From Marsupella aquatica (lineage: Eukaryota; Plantae; Marchantiophyta), in NCBI GenBank assembly GCA_973895155.1, contig OZ316896.1, forward strand, positions 19,642,754 through 19,706,753: a DNA stretch of 64,000 nt, written 5' to 3'. The notes under the pieces are model-generated. The model was not told where the DNA came from and searched no databases. It worked only from the letters and a program-made list of their open reading frames with translations. A program made the position numbers and the translations under genes. This document shows positions 50,936 to 64,000 of this stretch, piece by piece (positions within the stretch are counted from its first letter, which is position 1; the number at the start of each line of letters is the position of its first letter).

Positions 50936-52770
50936 TATATCTCTCATATGCTTTTGGAGATAGAAATGCTATCCTACGGGTAGTGTTGCTGACACTACTG
51001 AGTAAACATGTGCAAGTCAATTGTAGTCCCTTATAGCTAAACTAGTCCCCACAAATCCAACCAAACCCATCACAACTGTATTAAAGTTCACATTCAATTG
51101 TATTGTAGCATGATTTTTACAAATCATACCATTTGTTTTCTATCCTAACACAATTAGTTAGTGGACCCCTTGGCTAATTGATAGCATGGTTATCATAAGC
51201 AGTTGTCAAAATCAGGCCTTTTCGCTACATGCTACCAAATTCACAAGTTACGAGAGTCAGAATTCAATCTGTGACAAGTTTATTTGTAATTAGATGAATG
51301 TCTGATCAAATGAATTGTATCAGTTCGTTCAGTGTTCAAGTTCGGACCATGGCTAGCAATTTACCTTAATTGCAAAGGATTGGAAATCTTACTCCAAGTG
51401 CCAATTACACTTTAACAAGTAAATTATCAAGTTAGTTATTAGTCATTATTTATTATATAAAAAATATTTTTTATAAATTTTTGAATTTAAATTTTAAAAT
51501 TAGAAATGTAAATAAAATGGTTACATAATGATAGTTTTAACTGTCTTGCTCTTTGCATTTCCAATGTTTTTACTTTTCTTTTTACGATATGGCGTCCCAA
51601 AATTTACACCCAAATTGACACAAATACAAATAAAAATTATAAATTTGATTTACAAAATAAACGAGTCTTGTTTGTTGCAATTATTGTTGACATTGCAATT
51701 ATTGTTGACACTATGATGCCAATTATTGTTGACGTTGCAATTATTGTTGACGCTATGATGCCAGGAATTGGAAGGAACCTCTAGTGGGTCAGTAAATATA
51801 ATAGATGTATCACAGTTGGATTTTACCATGCAAAATGTCAGTTGTCTGACTGCACTATGGTAAGCTCTTGGAGGGTGTGGACCACTGCCCTTTCCTTTTC
51901 ACTTATCAATTGGATGAGAGACGGGTTAAGTGATTAAATGAGTATGGGCAAATAAATAATGGTTGGATGAGGAAAATACTAATCTATTGTTAACCCATGA
52001 TGTGATTAAAGGAGTATGGAGGAAATAAAATGAGTGGAATAATAAGGGAGAGACTAAGATGCTATGAACTAACCCAAAACATGTTACAAGAGTACAGGTA
52101 AATTAATACTAACTGGATAAGGGCGAGACTACAGTCTAATGTGCATAAGTGCATGTTGGACATGTAGTCCCCTCCTATCATAGCAGTTTTCTTTGTAAAT
52201 GGACCAAAAACTAGACGTCAAGACAATTCTTGGCAGTGGACATGCATGGTCGATAAAACATGCAGCGCAAGGATATTATCCTGTTTCGCATCGAAGGGTG
52301 GACTTAATTCATGAACACGGTCAGGAAGCTGGCCCGGCTGAATCACTAGAATGTCCTAATTTTTTGATAACTGAAAATTTTCCATTGGTTTGATAGACTG
52401 TTACTTAATCAGTTGCCAGTGATATCAACCATTTCCGTGGTCGGTGTAGAATTAGGTTGATTGCACTGAAGATAATTGCATCCTTCCGAGTAAGTATCAA
52501 GAAGACAGAGACACGATTCAGTTCCTTGTCGCCCACTTTGACCATAGCACAAGTTATGAGGAGATTAATTCTCCGTTACTGACAAAAAGAATTGACACAT
52601 TTCAGGAATCAAAGAATGTATCGTTAATTTGAATAGACGCAAAAAATTGTCTAAAAACTTTTGAAACTTTTGAAGTCAAGGAGATGTCTCCAACACATTA
52701 GTGTCACGAACGCCTAACTTCTGACAATCTGAACCCGTTCCGCAAATGTATGATCCGATAAAACCCAAGG

Positions 52771-54150
52771 CTAATAATATAGGTCTTTAACGTCAATGAT
52801 TACCTCATCGAAATGGTTTTTGACATATTTGAATGCCTCGTTTTGGAGTCGTTTAGCCCCAAACTTGTTGGCTAGTGTCAACATTTTTAGCAGATTGTCT
52901 TTATCGAGTTTTGCAGACAGATGCTCCTCGCATATTTCCTGAAGGAAAGGAATGGCATACTTGTGTGCGACTGCCAGGACGTCTTCAGCACTGACTTCTT
53001 GGGTGAAGTCTATTTCAGCATGGTAGCAAAACCGGATAACAGCACGAATGACTGGGAAGGTTGCATCGTCAATCCGCACCACTCCTGTCTCGCCTTCCAG
53101 CATCTCACTTTCAAACATCTTGCTGACGACAGACGATCTGTTTGCCTGCGTAACGTTCCAACGGGCGAAGTTAAGACTGACCACGCGAGACCGAACTGGT
53201 TCCTGATCCCAAAACTTCCAAATGGGAAAGCTCATGAAATTTTGGAATCCAAGCTTAGATCGGCCACGAAATCTGCCTTGTCAACTTAGAAGATTTCAAA
53301 CATGACCAAATATAAATGAACTCAAATCCACCATCCAGAAGAAATCGATAGTATCGACGTAGTCTAAGCTTCTGCTCGCATTGTTTTTTCTGAATACATT
53401 AGGTCGTCATTCAAGCTCGTCTCGTGGTGAGAATTTGACCTAACCCATGCAAGCTACAAGTACTGACCGTTCTTGGTTCAAACCAGCCTTTATATCTTGT
53501 GCCCACTTGGTCGAAATCCAAACTCTTATACATAGCTCTATAACATGCAGCCCTTGAGATTGAGACAGGGAAGGAAAAGCACGACTAGAACCGGGACTGA
53601 ACAGACGAAATTCCATTCAGGCAGACCATTGCTGAATATTAGACTTAGTCACCAAAACAATCCTGTGCGCGTGTAGAGGCTGGTCTTGTTCAGCTTGGAC
53701 ATAGATCACCACATCTGTCTTCGGAATTCCCTTTGCCTGCTCAGTGTCGAATTGGAGGCGTAGAAAGGCCAGCCTGGACTGTGACTCGTTTTGCTCTGCT
53801 TTCCTGTTGGCCAATGTTGTCTTCAGTTGGTCCAGCTCCACATTTGTACAGGCCAACGTTGCTCGAAGTTGGTTGAGCTCAGTCCCTCTCGAGTCAAACT
53901 TTCTTCCAAGTTCATTAAGCTCAGAATCGAGCCGTGTCGCCCGATCGATCAACCCCTGAGTGCGCCATTCGCAGTTCGAGGTACATCGACCCCGCAGCGG
54001 CCTTGTCTTCATCAGCATTTTCAAGTACTGACTTGGAGCTCGGATATTACAGCGTCCAGTGTATGAGTATGAGACGGTGAAGTCCTCTTGCTTTTCTACC
54101 AATGATTGCAGCAACAACAATCTATACACAGCGTGGGACCAGCTGGCCAC
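52771..54150 (-). CDS. BTB/POZ domain protein with N-terminal coiled coil, 2 exons (start uncertain)
   Basis: Exon 1 ends TDVVIYVQAEQDQPLHAHRIVL|gt (53653). Exon 2 runs 53145-52771: ANRSSVVSKMFESEMLEGETGVVRIDDA...FCYHAEI...AHKYAI..LQEICE. The 54150 codon is GTG; the first in-frame ATG is near 54020. Confidence 0.8.
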
Positions 54151-57100
54151 GTATGCGACCGAATTTCTCTCTCCTCCGAGGTTCGATTCGTGCGCTTTGA
54201 TGGATTGACCACAATCGACGCCTGCTCAGTTGAACGCGCAATAAGTCATTATCATGTATCGAATGCTGGAGAGCTTCACAATCAGATACTTCGCTCTCGG
54301 CATAACACCATTTCAATTGCTTTCTCGGGTATGACGGAGGAGACAACGAGAAACTATAAAACTCTAAATGGATTAATGAGTATACCAACACACAAATGGA
54401 CCAATATAGGGAAAGGGATTAATGAGAGGGACTGGAGACAGCTGCTTGCATAGTGTAAATACGAACACAAACGAACATTCGAGGTCCAGTAGGATTTACT
54501 AAGCTTATGATTTGACGCAGCCGCAATTATTGTGCTAAAGTTGCAACGTACAAGAATTGAAGACGTGGAGTTAACGCATTTGGGTCTCGAAGAACGAACT
54601 AAACTTATGAGGCTGCCGCAGCCGCAAGTGTTAACTAAATTGGAGCAATTTTGGGGAAAGTTGCGACGTACATTAGTACATTAACAAGTATTTAACAATA
54701 TGTAGACTCATTCGAGCTAAGCCATTTGCTCGTCTAGTTTATTTTAAATAGTTCCAACGTTTGTATTCACGGATGGACCAAGTAAGGGTCGACTGTCACT
54801 CACAAGTGATCGTTTTATATTAGTAATTAAAATTAAATTATAGTAATGCCATTTTTTACAGGGCATTGTGGGATATAATCCCTAGGAAAGGTTACTAGGC
54901 ATTGTGGGATATAATACCTAGAAAAACGAGAGCTTTTGCACAAGTTTGAGGATTTAGTATTTGTCCATAATGTTTTGAAAACAGGATTTCAAAAAACTGA
55001 AAGACTTGAGAGAGACCTTTATTAATTTTAGCAAAAGTAGAAGGAGGATCTTCCTAAAGGATTCATCCAAATATTGACCCGATAGACTTTAATTAATTCC
55101 AGTAATTTAAGTAGAGGGAGAATCTTCTTAAAGGGATGATCCAAATATTGACCGGGCATTCTTTTCCAAGAAAAATGCACTGAAAAATACATATGAAAAC
55201 AGTCTCGAAGGGCATTAAGTATGCAAACCGGGTTACCACCTTGCACAGGATGGAGAGTAATTAATCCAAGTGTTGTGTTGCAGTTCTTCTATTGGGCTGC
55301 TACGTGGCCTCCATGAATTCTTCCCATCCACGGTATGCTCCAAGAAGAAGGGATCATTTGGAGATTCAATCCTCTCATAGAAGTGGGCATAGCCGGAGGC
55401 TCTCATTTGGATAAATCATTGAGATTTCTTTTAAAGGTTTCCTTTCCTAACGAACAACCTCCTGAATTGTTAGCATGGCCATTCTTGGTATGCCAAACTT
55501 TTTTTTTGGGTTGGCTTCCTTAAAGGAGATAAGTTGTTTGACTGAGGAAGTATAGGTATTATATGTGGCAAAGCAGGAGGCTGATTATTTGGTAGAAGAG
55601 CTTAGTTTGTCTGCAGCTTTCTACCCGGTTAATATGATTCCAACCTTATGCCTGGGCCATCATAACCCTTACACTAGACATGCAGTCCTGAAATGCTTTC
55701 CATTTCACTGAATTGTTATCAGTTTTTACTAAGACAATCCGACAAAGGCTGAGTGAAAGGGGTACCACGTACACCTGCCCCTTTAAGCGCTATGGACTAC
55801 CCGTAGCTACCTTTTAGAGTAACTTTTTGCTGAAGTCGTGGAGCAAATTGACATGGTAGAGGAGAAGTGAGTGGAATGTGACAAAAGGGGGAAATTTTGG
55901 ACACTTTGCCCTGGCTTATAGATGGCCAGTGGTGGCTTAAACTTCCAAAGTTGTGGATTGAAAACAATAAGAATGGTTGGGTGTAGTGCTTAAGTGATAT
56001 GGTTTGCTGGGGCCCTGCCACCCACACAGTGTTTTCCCATTGGAACCACTGGTGTAGGGTTAAGTGATATGGTTTTCTGGGACCCTGCCACCACCCACAC
56101 AGTGCTTAAATTCCCATTTGAACCAGCCAATGTTCTTCCCTGCAGACAGATATCAGGGCAGAAGGTGAGATAGTTCCACCAATTTACCAGCTTTGAAATG
56201 ATATGTTTCTGTTGTTCAGCATGAATGTTTACATCTTTTTCACTTGGTATCTTAAAGTCCTCCCCGGATTTTTCATTTGTAGTTTGCAACCCAGCTACTG
56301 TCAGTATTAGCTCAGGGGAGATGTGTGAATGCCCCCAAAAGTTTTCAGCCAGCAAACAATCCAAAAATTAGAATATAGGAGTCAGGTTCCAAGCACCCTA
56401 AAACCCTTAGTTTCATCTCAACTACCCAGTGAGAAATTTTCTTGCGCAAGCCTGCCTTGGGACAATGGGGGGTTTCAAAACTCTAAACTAGATAAACTAT
56501 TAGGGTAGGTTAAAGTTACTGACAAAAATAGTTATGTACTACCAAATTTGTAATCCATAATTTCTTGCTGTGATGAATGATCATATGCCATGACCATAAG
56601 TCACTCTAGAGACTAGTGAAAAAATAATATCAAGTAACTTTTCTGAGATTTTCTAGATTGTCACTGTTCTTTGTCCAAATACATGCTTTGCCACTCTTCT
56701 TATTTCAATTATGCTTTTGTCAGTTTTTCCACTACTAGTTAAGCAAATTAACTCTACTTCACTCAAAACAAGTTACAGTGAACATCCAACCAGGTTTCAC
56801 TATCAAATGGTCACTCATCTGATAGTAAAACTTTTACACTACCCGTGTGAAGAAAGTTATGACTAAGTATATGTCCTTATGGGCAAAAAGCCCCCAAAGC
56901 CATCACTTCCCTGCAAACAATTATGACTATTTCTGTATGGCCAGCCATCACTTCTCTATCAAGAACTATAATACAAGGTTGCGCCTTTTTATGCAGTGGT
57001 CGTCATTTGAATTTGAAGGGCACAAAAATCAAAGAATCTGACAAACAGAAAGAATAAACCAAAATTGAATAATGTTTAGTGTAAAGTAAAGAGTGCACGT

Positions 57101-58164
57101 TTTCCAATCAAGAAATAAAGGGGAATGCCAGGAATACCAATGCACAATAATCAAATACTTTCTGGACATATAAGTATAGTACTATCAATGCATAGGAAAC
57201 CATCCATGCATAGACATAGTACTTTCCATAACTAGACATTCATATCAAGTACCCCCATGATAATCTATGTCAATTACAAATTAACTCCTATAATACACAC
57301 TTGCGCCACTTTTTGAAGTGGTTTGTCATTCAAAATTTACATTTCCAAGCCAAGTGAAAGAAATCAAATATGCAAAGCAAAGCAAAGCTAAGAGAACAAA
57401 TAAAAATAAACCCACAACAAAATATGAAGGAGCAGAATACTTCTTGATATTCCTCATCACTTTAGCAGGTAAAGTACTTCCTTTTGATGCCATCATAGTA
57501 TTCAAAAATACACTCTTTTATCTAATCCCTCCCAGGCCATTGTCTTATTTGTATTGACCCTGCCTCAATGTACACATGTGCATGCAATGCAAGGAAAGTG
57601 TATACACCCATTCACAGTGGTACTCATATGAATGAAATCATTTTATAAAAACAAATATACTTGGCAAAATTCAATATATATATATATATATGTGGATGAG
57701 ATAACAAGGTGTTGGGGGCCAAACCACTCTTGGCTGGGGTGACAGGGTTTTGGGACACATATATAAAGGGACAACCACATTTGACAACATCAGAAACTAT
57801 AATAAGGTGTTGTGCCTTTTTTTTGCCATGGTCGTCATTTGAATTTACAAGGCCAATTTGGGTGTAAGAAATTCAGTATGGAAAAAAACCAAAGCAATAG
57901 AGACCAAAAATGGCCGTCACACCAGCTCCTGAGGTCAACTTCCATCTGATTGCGGCAAAAGCACCGAGTGGAGGCAAGTAAAATGTTGTGCGGCCAGCCT
58001 CTACTACGAGTGGGGCGACCACACTACCGCCTTGCTCCGCACGCCAACCGTAGACTGCCGCATTCTTGCGGTCAACCTCCCACCACCCTCCTTCCCCAAC
58101 CCGATTACCCGGGGCAGCCCTGCCTCGCCCTACTCTCCCCCTCTTCCCTTCTCCCCTGCCCGAC

Positions 58165-58487
58165 TCTTTTTAACGACATATTTTTACTTGACATCTTCTT
58201 AACGATATCTGTCACATAACAACTTCTTTGGTGACACAACTTCTTTGTTTTAATGACATCTTCTTACTTGATGACATCGTTTACATAAAGACCTCTTTGG
58301 TGACACAACTTCTTTTTTTAATGACATCTTTTACATAACAACATCATTGGCAACACGACCCTGGACACGACCTCTATTTTCTTAACGATATCTTGGGCCG
58401 ACACGACCCCGCGACACGACATCTTTTGTCTTAAGGACATCTTGGCCGACACGACATCTTTTGTGCAACGCACGAGTATTGAGCTAG
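58165..58487 (+). mobile_element. Helitron-type 3' end, same family as 43040-43336, opposite orientation
   Basis: GACATC-rich sub-repeats ending TTGTGCAACGCACGAGTATTGAGCTAG|T, the classic GTGCAACGCAC hairpin plus CTAG. The 5' end was not located. Confidence 0.75.
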
Positions 58488-58961
58488 TGGCCAATAATAC
58501 GAAGTGTCAAAGCAGGGTCATAAGTGAGCTACGACTAAGGACATAAAATGTTTTTATGACCAGGATAAGAACCTTACAGACTACATATAAACATGCCCCC
58601 TAAATTTCAGACGTCCAAATTAATCACAATCATGAGACCTTGATGATGACAGTGCTTTTACATGCCTTGATAGCCCCCAAAGCCATGGATCACTCCTCTA
58701 GTATGACAACCCAAAGCTATCAGGCCTACCAATAAAGCTTTGAGACTCCCTATGTATTGCCCTCATGAAAGGTGTTCACATAGCTTTACAACACCCAAAA
58801 GCTGTTTGTTTGGGCCATGACAATCCTTTGGTCAAAGGACCCCCGTTGTCTCCTAGGCACAAAACTTATCGAGGAAAACTATCAAGTGACACAAAGGAAA
58901 CGTAAAAGAAAAGTCTGTATAATCGAAAGAAGTCCGTCGAGGTTGCGAAAGAAAGCAAGCT

Positions 58962-59083
58962 ACACAGAAAGAAAACAAGGTCGACAGAAAGAAAACCAGG
59001 TCGACAGAAAGCAAACCAGGTCGACAGAAAGAAAACCAGGTCGAGAGAAAGAAAACAAGGTCGATAGAAAGAAAGCAAGGTCG
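58962..59083 (+). repeat. 20-bp tandem repeat (about 6 copies) upstream of TVP23
   Basis: (GGTCGACAGAAAGAAAACCA)n with minor variants. Confidence 0.9.
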
Positions 59084-59279
59084 CGCTCGAAAGCGCTCTG
59101 TACACGAACACTCTTGCGCAATGCGTCGTCGGCGTTCGGCATCATAGAATCGCAGATCTGCGCCAATTTGCTCGATCGATCGGATAGATCGGTAGCAGCA
59201 TCGATTCTTGTGTCATCGGCATAGCAGAGCAGAGGAGAGGAGAGGAGAAGAGGCGAGGAGGAAGCAGATCTGGTCGAAA

Positions 59280-59819
59280 ATGGCGGAGGGGGAGGAGAGT
59301 TATGCGCATCCAGTCGCAGCACTCTTCAGCGTGGCCTTCAAAGCGAGCGCGCTGATTTTCTACATTGTGTTCTCCCTGTTCATCGACAATTTTGTGATCG
59401 TGTTCGTGATCACAGTCCTCCTTGTGGCGTTGGACTTCTGGACTGTGAAGAATGTGAGCGGGCGGACGCTGGTAGGTCTGCGGTGGTGGAACGAGGTGGA
59501 CGAGGAGGGGCACAGCGTGTGGCTCTTTGAGTCGCTCGATCAGCAGGCGCTGGATCGGCTGAACAAGAAGGACTCGTGGCTGTTCTGGTGGACTCTCTAC
59601 TTGACGCCTGCAGTGTGGTTTGCTCTCGGAATCGTTGCCATTGTGAGATTTCACTTTGACTACCTCTTGGTGGTCGGGGTTGCTCTGGTCCTCAGCGTGG
59701 CCAACATAATTGGCTTCACCAAGTGCAGAAAGGATGCGAGGAAGCAGCTCCAAGCGTTTGCCACTCAACATGTGACATCTCATCTTGCATCCACTCTTCA
59801 AACTGCCCTAAATGTTTAG
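59280..59819 (+). CDS. ECH: Golgi/TGN membrane protein TVP23 (ECHIDNA-like), intronless
   Basis: MAEGEESYAHPVAALFSVAFK...DFWTVKNVSGRTLVGLRWWNEVDEEGHSVWLFES...DSWLFWWTLY...ANIIGFTKC. Confidence 0.93.
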   Translation: MAEGEESYAHPVAALFSVAFKASALIFYIVFSLFIDNFVIVFVITVLLVALDFWTVKNVSGRTLVGLRWWNEVDEEGHSVWLFESLDQQALDRLNKKDSWLFWWTLYLTPAVWFALGIVAIVRFHFDYLLVVGVALVLSVANIIGFTKCRKDARKQLQAFATQHVTSHLASTLQTALNV

Positions 59820-61444
59820 TGTTAGTCACATCCTCTGTTAGACTAGGGCTACTGCTTCATTTGATTGATCTGGCGAAATACCGCTTTGTAAGTAGTAGGT
59901 TACAGTATTATTATTGGTTGGGTTACATTCTTAGCTAAGTGAATAACCTACTGCCGTCCTTTTGCTATGGGACTAGTGAGCCAATATTGAAAGTGTCGGC
60001 CATTAGGGTGACCAGGATGCAAGAGATGCAGTTTGTGTGGAGGAACACTCTTGATTGATTAAAAACCAGGGGATTCATTTAGTTCAAGCAAATTCAATCA
60101 CAGCATTGCTGTTGAGGTACAGTCCATAGGCATTCGGTATGGTCCCGACCCCAAGTGTTCTTAAGATTGATCTGAGATCTCTAGCTTTGGTGGAAGTGGC
60201 TCGGTGTCTTGCAGCAGCAAGAAATGATTATTATGCTGGTCGTCCATACGGTGTTGGCAATTTTTGAAATTTTTGCGAGCACCCCTTGGTTATGCACATG
60301 TTCGAGTACTTGTCAATAACTATCGGAGCCTTGGAATGCTGACATCCAATGTGGAGAAGGGTGAGTGGAGTTGTTTCTCTATTCCTGAAGGTCAAGCGAG
60401 CTGGCTTTGGCGAAGAGAATCGCAATCAGGTTTTTAGCCCGGCTTCAATACCTCCATGAAAGTCTGATTTCGAGGTCATTACTCCCGAGGCTAAAGTTTA
60501 CGCAGGGAATGCCAGGGGCTTAATTGATCGTATGCCTACTACTGTAGAACTGTGTCCTCGCACATGGCCCAGAATTTGGTAAAAAAACTATCCAGGCAAT
60601 ATGATTCTTTACATTTGAAGCTACTGTACATGTTTCTGCAATTCACACATTCATGCACATGGGACCGAAAGCTCTGAGTCGGTTTCTACAGTGGCAAAAA
60701 AGATCAAACTACAGTAGAAAGTGTTAGTAAAAGAAAGCCAAAACAACCTACGAAGCATGTCATCTTCATACTGAAAGGCTATTTGGTGAGAAAAAAAAAG
60801 TCTACAGAAACGAGGACCGTCGTTTTGCTTTCTTTCCCAGGTCATTTCACACATTGCATTCACCTTCGAGCACGTTCACTGGACCAAGTTCCACCTCGTT
60901 TTAGAGTATGAGTTCTCCACCTCGTTTCTAGCATGTTAGTTTCCAATATGCGACTTGCCATGCATTCTTTGCAGAGACGACCTACAGAGATTAGAGGCTT
61001 TATCAGTGGAGTTTTGGGTCTGGGGGATGGTGACCACTCAAGGATTCATGTCCACCGCGTTCTTTGCTTCGGGATGCCTTTTTGACGTAGTCACCGGGAC
61101 CAAGATCATTTCAATTGACGATGGCGATGCGCTGCAGTCATGAGTAACACCTCTTGTGATAGAGGGGCCGTGAAGGCGTGTTTATTAGACTTACTTCGAC
61201 GACATGAACTTCGTCTGCCAACATGCTATGCACATGCCGTCAATATCCATGTGGCCCTCGTCTATGAAGTGCACATAACACTCTCTCCAGCGATGAGCTT
61301 TCTACTAACACGTCATACCCTTATGAATGATACGTGCTCCTCATAGACGACCAACTATGATAACACATGGATGCTTCAAACGCAATTGAAATCAATCCTA
61401 TGAATCTCTTCTAAAGTGTAGCTGTAAGGCATCAGCAATATTTT

Positions 61445-63920
61445 TCACGGATTTGCATTTGCCACGTTAGATGCTCCACTTGCTAGAACAACTTGGCTTT
61501 GCAATGCCAATGCTGCAGTGTGTCTTGCTTCCGTTCTCTCTTCACGGCCTGCTGTACATGCTTCTCGCCTGTCCAAGGTGTCACGTCCCAATTGTAGGGA
61601 GGCTTCGGCATGGCGGTTTCTCCTCATACCGTCTTCATTCGACATGTCTGGTACCTGCTGCTGCATATTGATCCGATATAGAACAATGTCTTCTCTTCGT
61701 GTGCTTCCAATGAAAGGCGCTTTCTCTTCCCTCTCCGTGCTGATCTGTCGACCAGAGGAGGGGCATCTGGTTGGCCATCAGCATGACCACCCGGAAAGTC
61801 CACTCGTCTTTCAAGATTACACACCGACCCCCACTGCAATAGAAGCCTTCTCCTCTTATCCCATCCGGGGTATGGGAAACTGAAGAAATGTGGCGGCCGG
61901 GAAAGAATGCATGGGAATATGTGCTGGGTTCCCTGGATCCTAGAAAAGCGCAGGTATCCACCCTGTGTACTCCAATTGACTCCAAATCTCAATTCTGGAA
62001 TCATCTGGTCGGGTAGAATTCTGAGGCACTCGACCCCCTACCTTAAATTACTCAACACCATCAAACCACAACAGAGTGTAAAAATCACAGCAAGGGCTTG
62101 CGACAGCTTCGTATGACATCATATGCCCGTGAGACAAAAACGAATGCAACGAACAACTTGACCCATTCCCCTCTTGGTACTCAACATTGTCTTTCCCCCC
62201 ACTCCAGGAGTCTCAACTCTACTCGCAACCAGAAAACTTAGTAAGGAATGATTTGGCGCCAATGTACCATTACCCCTCACCCAACATACCTAAGTATCGA
62301 AACCAGAACAGATCAGACACAACTGCAGAGAACTGATTTTAGGGCAGATTCCAAGACTCCAAGCTGACACTGATCGGATGTGATACCACTGGTTTTGCAG
62401 ATCTGGCAATGCGAATCCAGTGGTATGAAAAATTTCGCGGATGATATAATTAAATGCCTTGAGTCATTATGCAACCTGATCTATGGAGACCGTAATGAGA
62501 AGATAGGTTGTGCCAGAACTCCCAGATACTTAAAGCTGCATGAAAGATCTCCTCATAGTCAATCACACAAGCTCAAAAAATGACAAAATCTGCGAAAAGA
62601 TGTACACACCAGGTGTGCTATCACTCGCAGGGGCCTCCTCATCAAGGCTTCTTGTTGAACTGTCTATGACATGGAGACCTGAAGCATCAGCCTCGTGTCG
62701 GGATGGTAGCCAGTCCACAATCATCTCGTACACTTCCTCGGAGAAGTTTGATGGAAGATTCTTCCGTCTGCGTTCGGACGCAGTCATTGCATAGTAAGAC
62801 TCCTCCGCATTGCAAACCATTCTCTCATAATCGTAGACTTTCTTAAATTCCCCAGTGACCTTTTCCCACTTCTTTTTGCAACTGGAATGGTCACGGACTG
62901 GATTTTTCATCCCCTCGTTCACGAGATTCTCAGCAATGATCTTCCATTTCTCCTTCCCACTTGCCATCTTCTTCTGCAAGGGAGTACCAGAAGTGGCATG
63001 CTCCCATTCTTGCTTTTTGGCAAGAATCAGTTTCTTCAATTCCTGGGGACTCCAATCGGGTAGCTTTCCTCTCGCCGCTACAGTTGCTCGTGATGGACCT
63101 CCACTACCTGTTATTGGATTAGAAATCGGGGAAGAGTTCTCTGGTTTCTGCTCTTGCACACCAACTCCACGGTAGGCCTGCTGGGGTGGTGGTTCTATGC
63201 TTTGAGGCACCTGGCTTTCTGAAGCTTGCCATTCAAACAACCATGGTCACAGGAGTCCATCCTGTGGAAAGTTAGAGGAGATACCGACCAACCAACAATT
63301 CATCGAGATTTTTCAGAAACAAAGCCCAACATGTCCCGGCGTGCCCTTCAAGAATTAATTTGCCAACGCTTAGCCTGAGCTAAACTATAGTTGCAGGCAA
63401 ATTGCACACGTAGACGAAGACAGCTCTGGAGCTCACGGACAGACCTGGGGTCGGGGGAAATGCTCAAGAATGGATCACAAGGACTTTTTTCTTCATTTTG
63501 TATATTCACCATTCGGTCAAACAACATACACACCTCTTGCAGCAATTTTGGGGTTTGCTGAAGCGATTCTGGTGGTTGCAAGAGGACCACTTCTTGCAGT
63601 TATTGCATTAGGAGTAACACCCGTGGTTCCATAAGTAGGAACTCGATCCAGAGCTGCTGCTCCGGTTGCAAGCGTAGCAACGCCTCCTCCTGTTTCATTT
63701 GAAACACCCACTCCAGCCGCTGCATGAGGTGCATGTCTTTCGACGGTAGGAATGGGAGCGGGTGGAATGGGAGCAACAACTCCTGCCATTGTTTGAGAAG
63801 CAACTCCTATTGCCATAGGAGGAACTCCAGTCCCTTGTGGAGGAACGCCTGGTGCAGTTGCATACGTAAATGTTGCATACGGACCAACTCTTGCTGTTGC
63901 ATAGGGAGCCACTCCAACTG
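61445..63920 (-). pseudogene. Myb/SANT (trihelix-like) DNA-binding protein gene, probably degenerate or TE-derived; may extend beyond the window
   Basis: LPDWSPQELKKLILAK...KWKIIAENL...RDHSSCKKKWEKVTGEFKKVYDYE...YYAMTASERRRKNLPSNF (about 62610-63240). An in-frame TGA sits just upstream, there is a Pro/Ala-rich upstream exon, and the C-terminal KRKR and coiled segments are in different frames. Confidence 0.65.
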
Positions 63921-64000
63921 CAGTACAAAAATATATATATATCAGCACGTAAAATTAACGTCTGGTTCAGATCATCCCTTAGCAGCACTGACTATAATGA

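Noticed and set aside
51672-51762. 18-bp repeat (ttgcaattattgttgac) as a W-box cluster
   Set aside because: The cores are TTGACA/G rather than TTGACC/T and lie far from any 5' end. Treated as a plain minisatellite.
43039-58489. Single CACTA element (right end reads CTAGTG)
   Set aside because: The left end reads TACTAG, the flanking 3-mers differ (no TSD), and the hairpin+CTAG fits Helitron 3' ends better.
59142-59801. 219-aa minus-strand ORF
   Set aside because: Antisense shadow of the GC3-rich TVP23 CDS.

Overview
Eukaryotic nuclear DNA from a land plant. A non-seed plant such as a liverwort or other bryophyte is likely; that is an inference from intron-rich genes with short introns and the gene families present. 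Intact genes: 60S ribosomal protein L35 (+), 5-oxoprolinase with about 36 exons (-), a GPA3-like kelch-repeat protein (+), eIF5A (-), an intronless TRF4/TENT4-like nucleotidyltransferase (-), a two-exon coiled-coil+BTB gene (-) and an intronless TVP23/ECHIDNA gene (+). Mobile and decayed DNA: a solo LTR with TSD upstream of RPL35, a 4.7-kb defective PIF/Harbinger element (TAA TSD) inserted into a GTAC-rich tandem array, two short Helitron-type 3' ends facing outward, a P3A H+-ATPase fragment and a degenerate Myb/SANT gene. Most unusual: (i) a tandem array of tRNA-like units with intact A/B boxes and T-arm and no Pol III terminator between units; (ii) a 15.4-kb block between the two Helitron ends that holds this array, the nucleotidyltransferase and gene fragments; (iii) a tandem duplication of the RPL35 start codon plus first splice donor. 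All exon boundaries were read by eye and no database searches were run.
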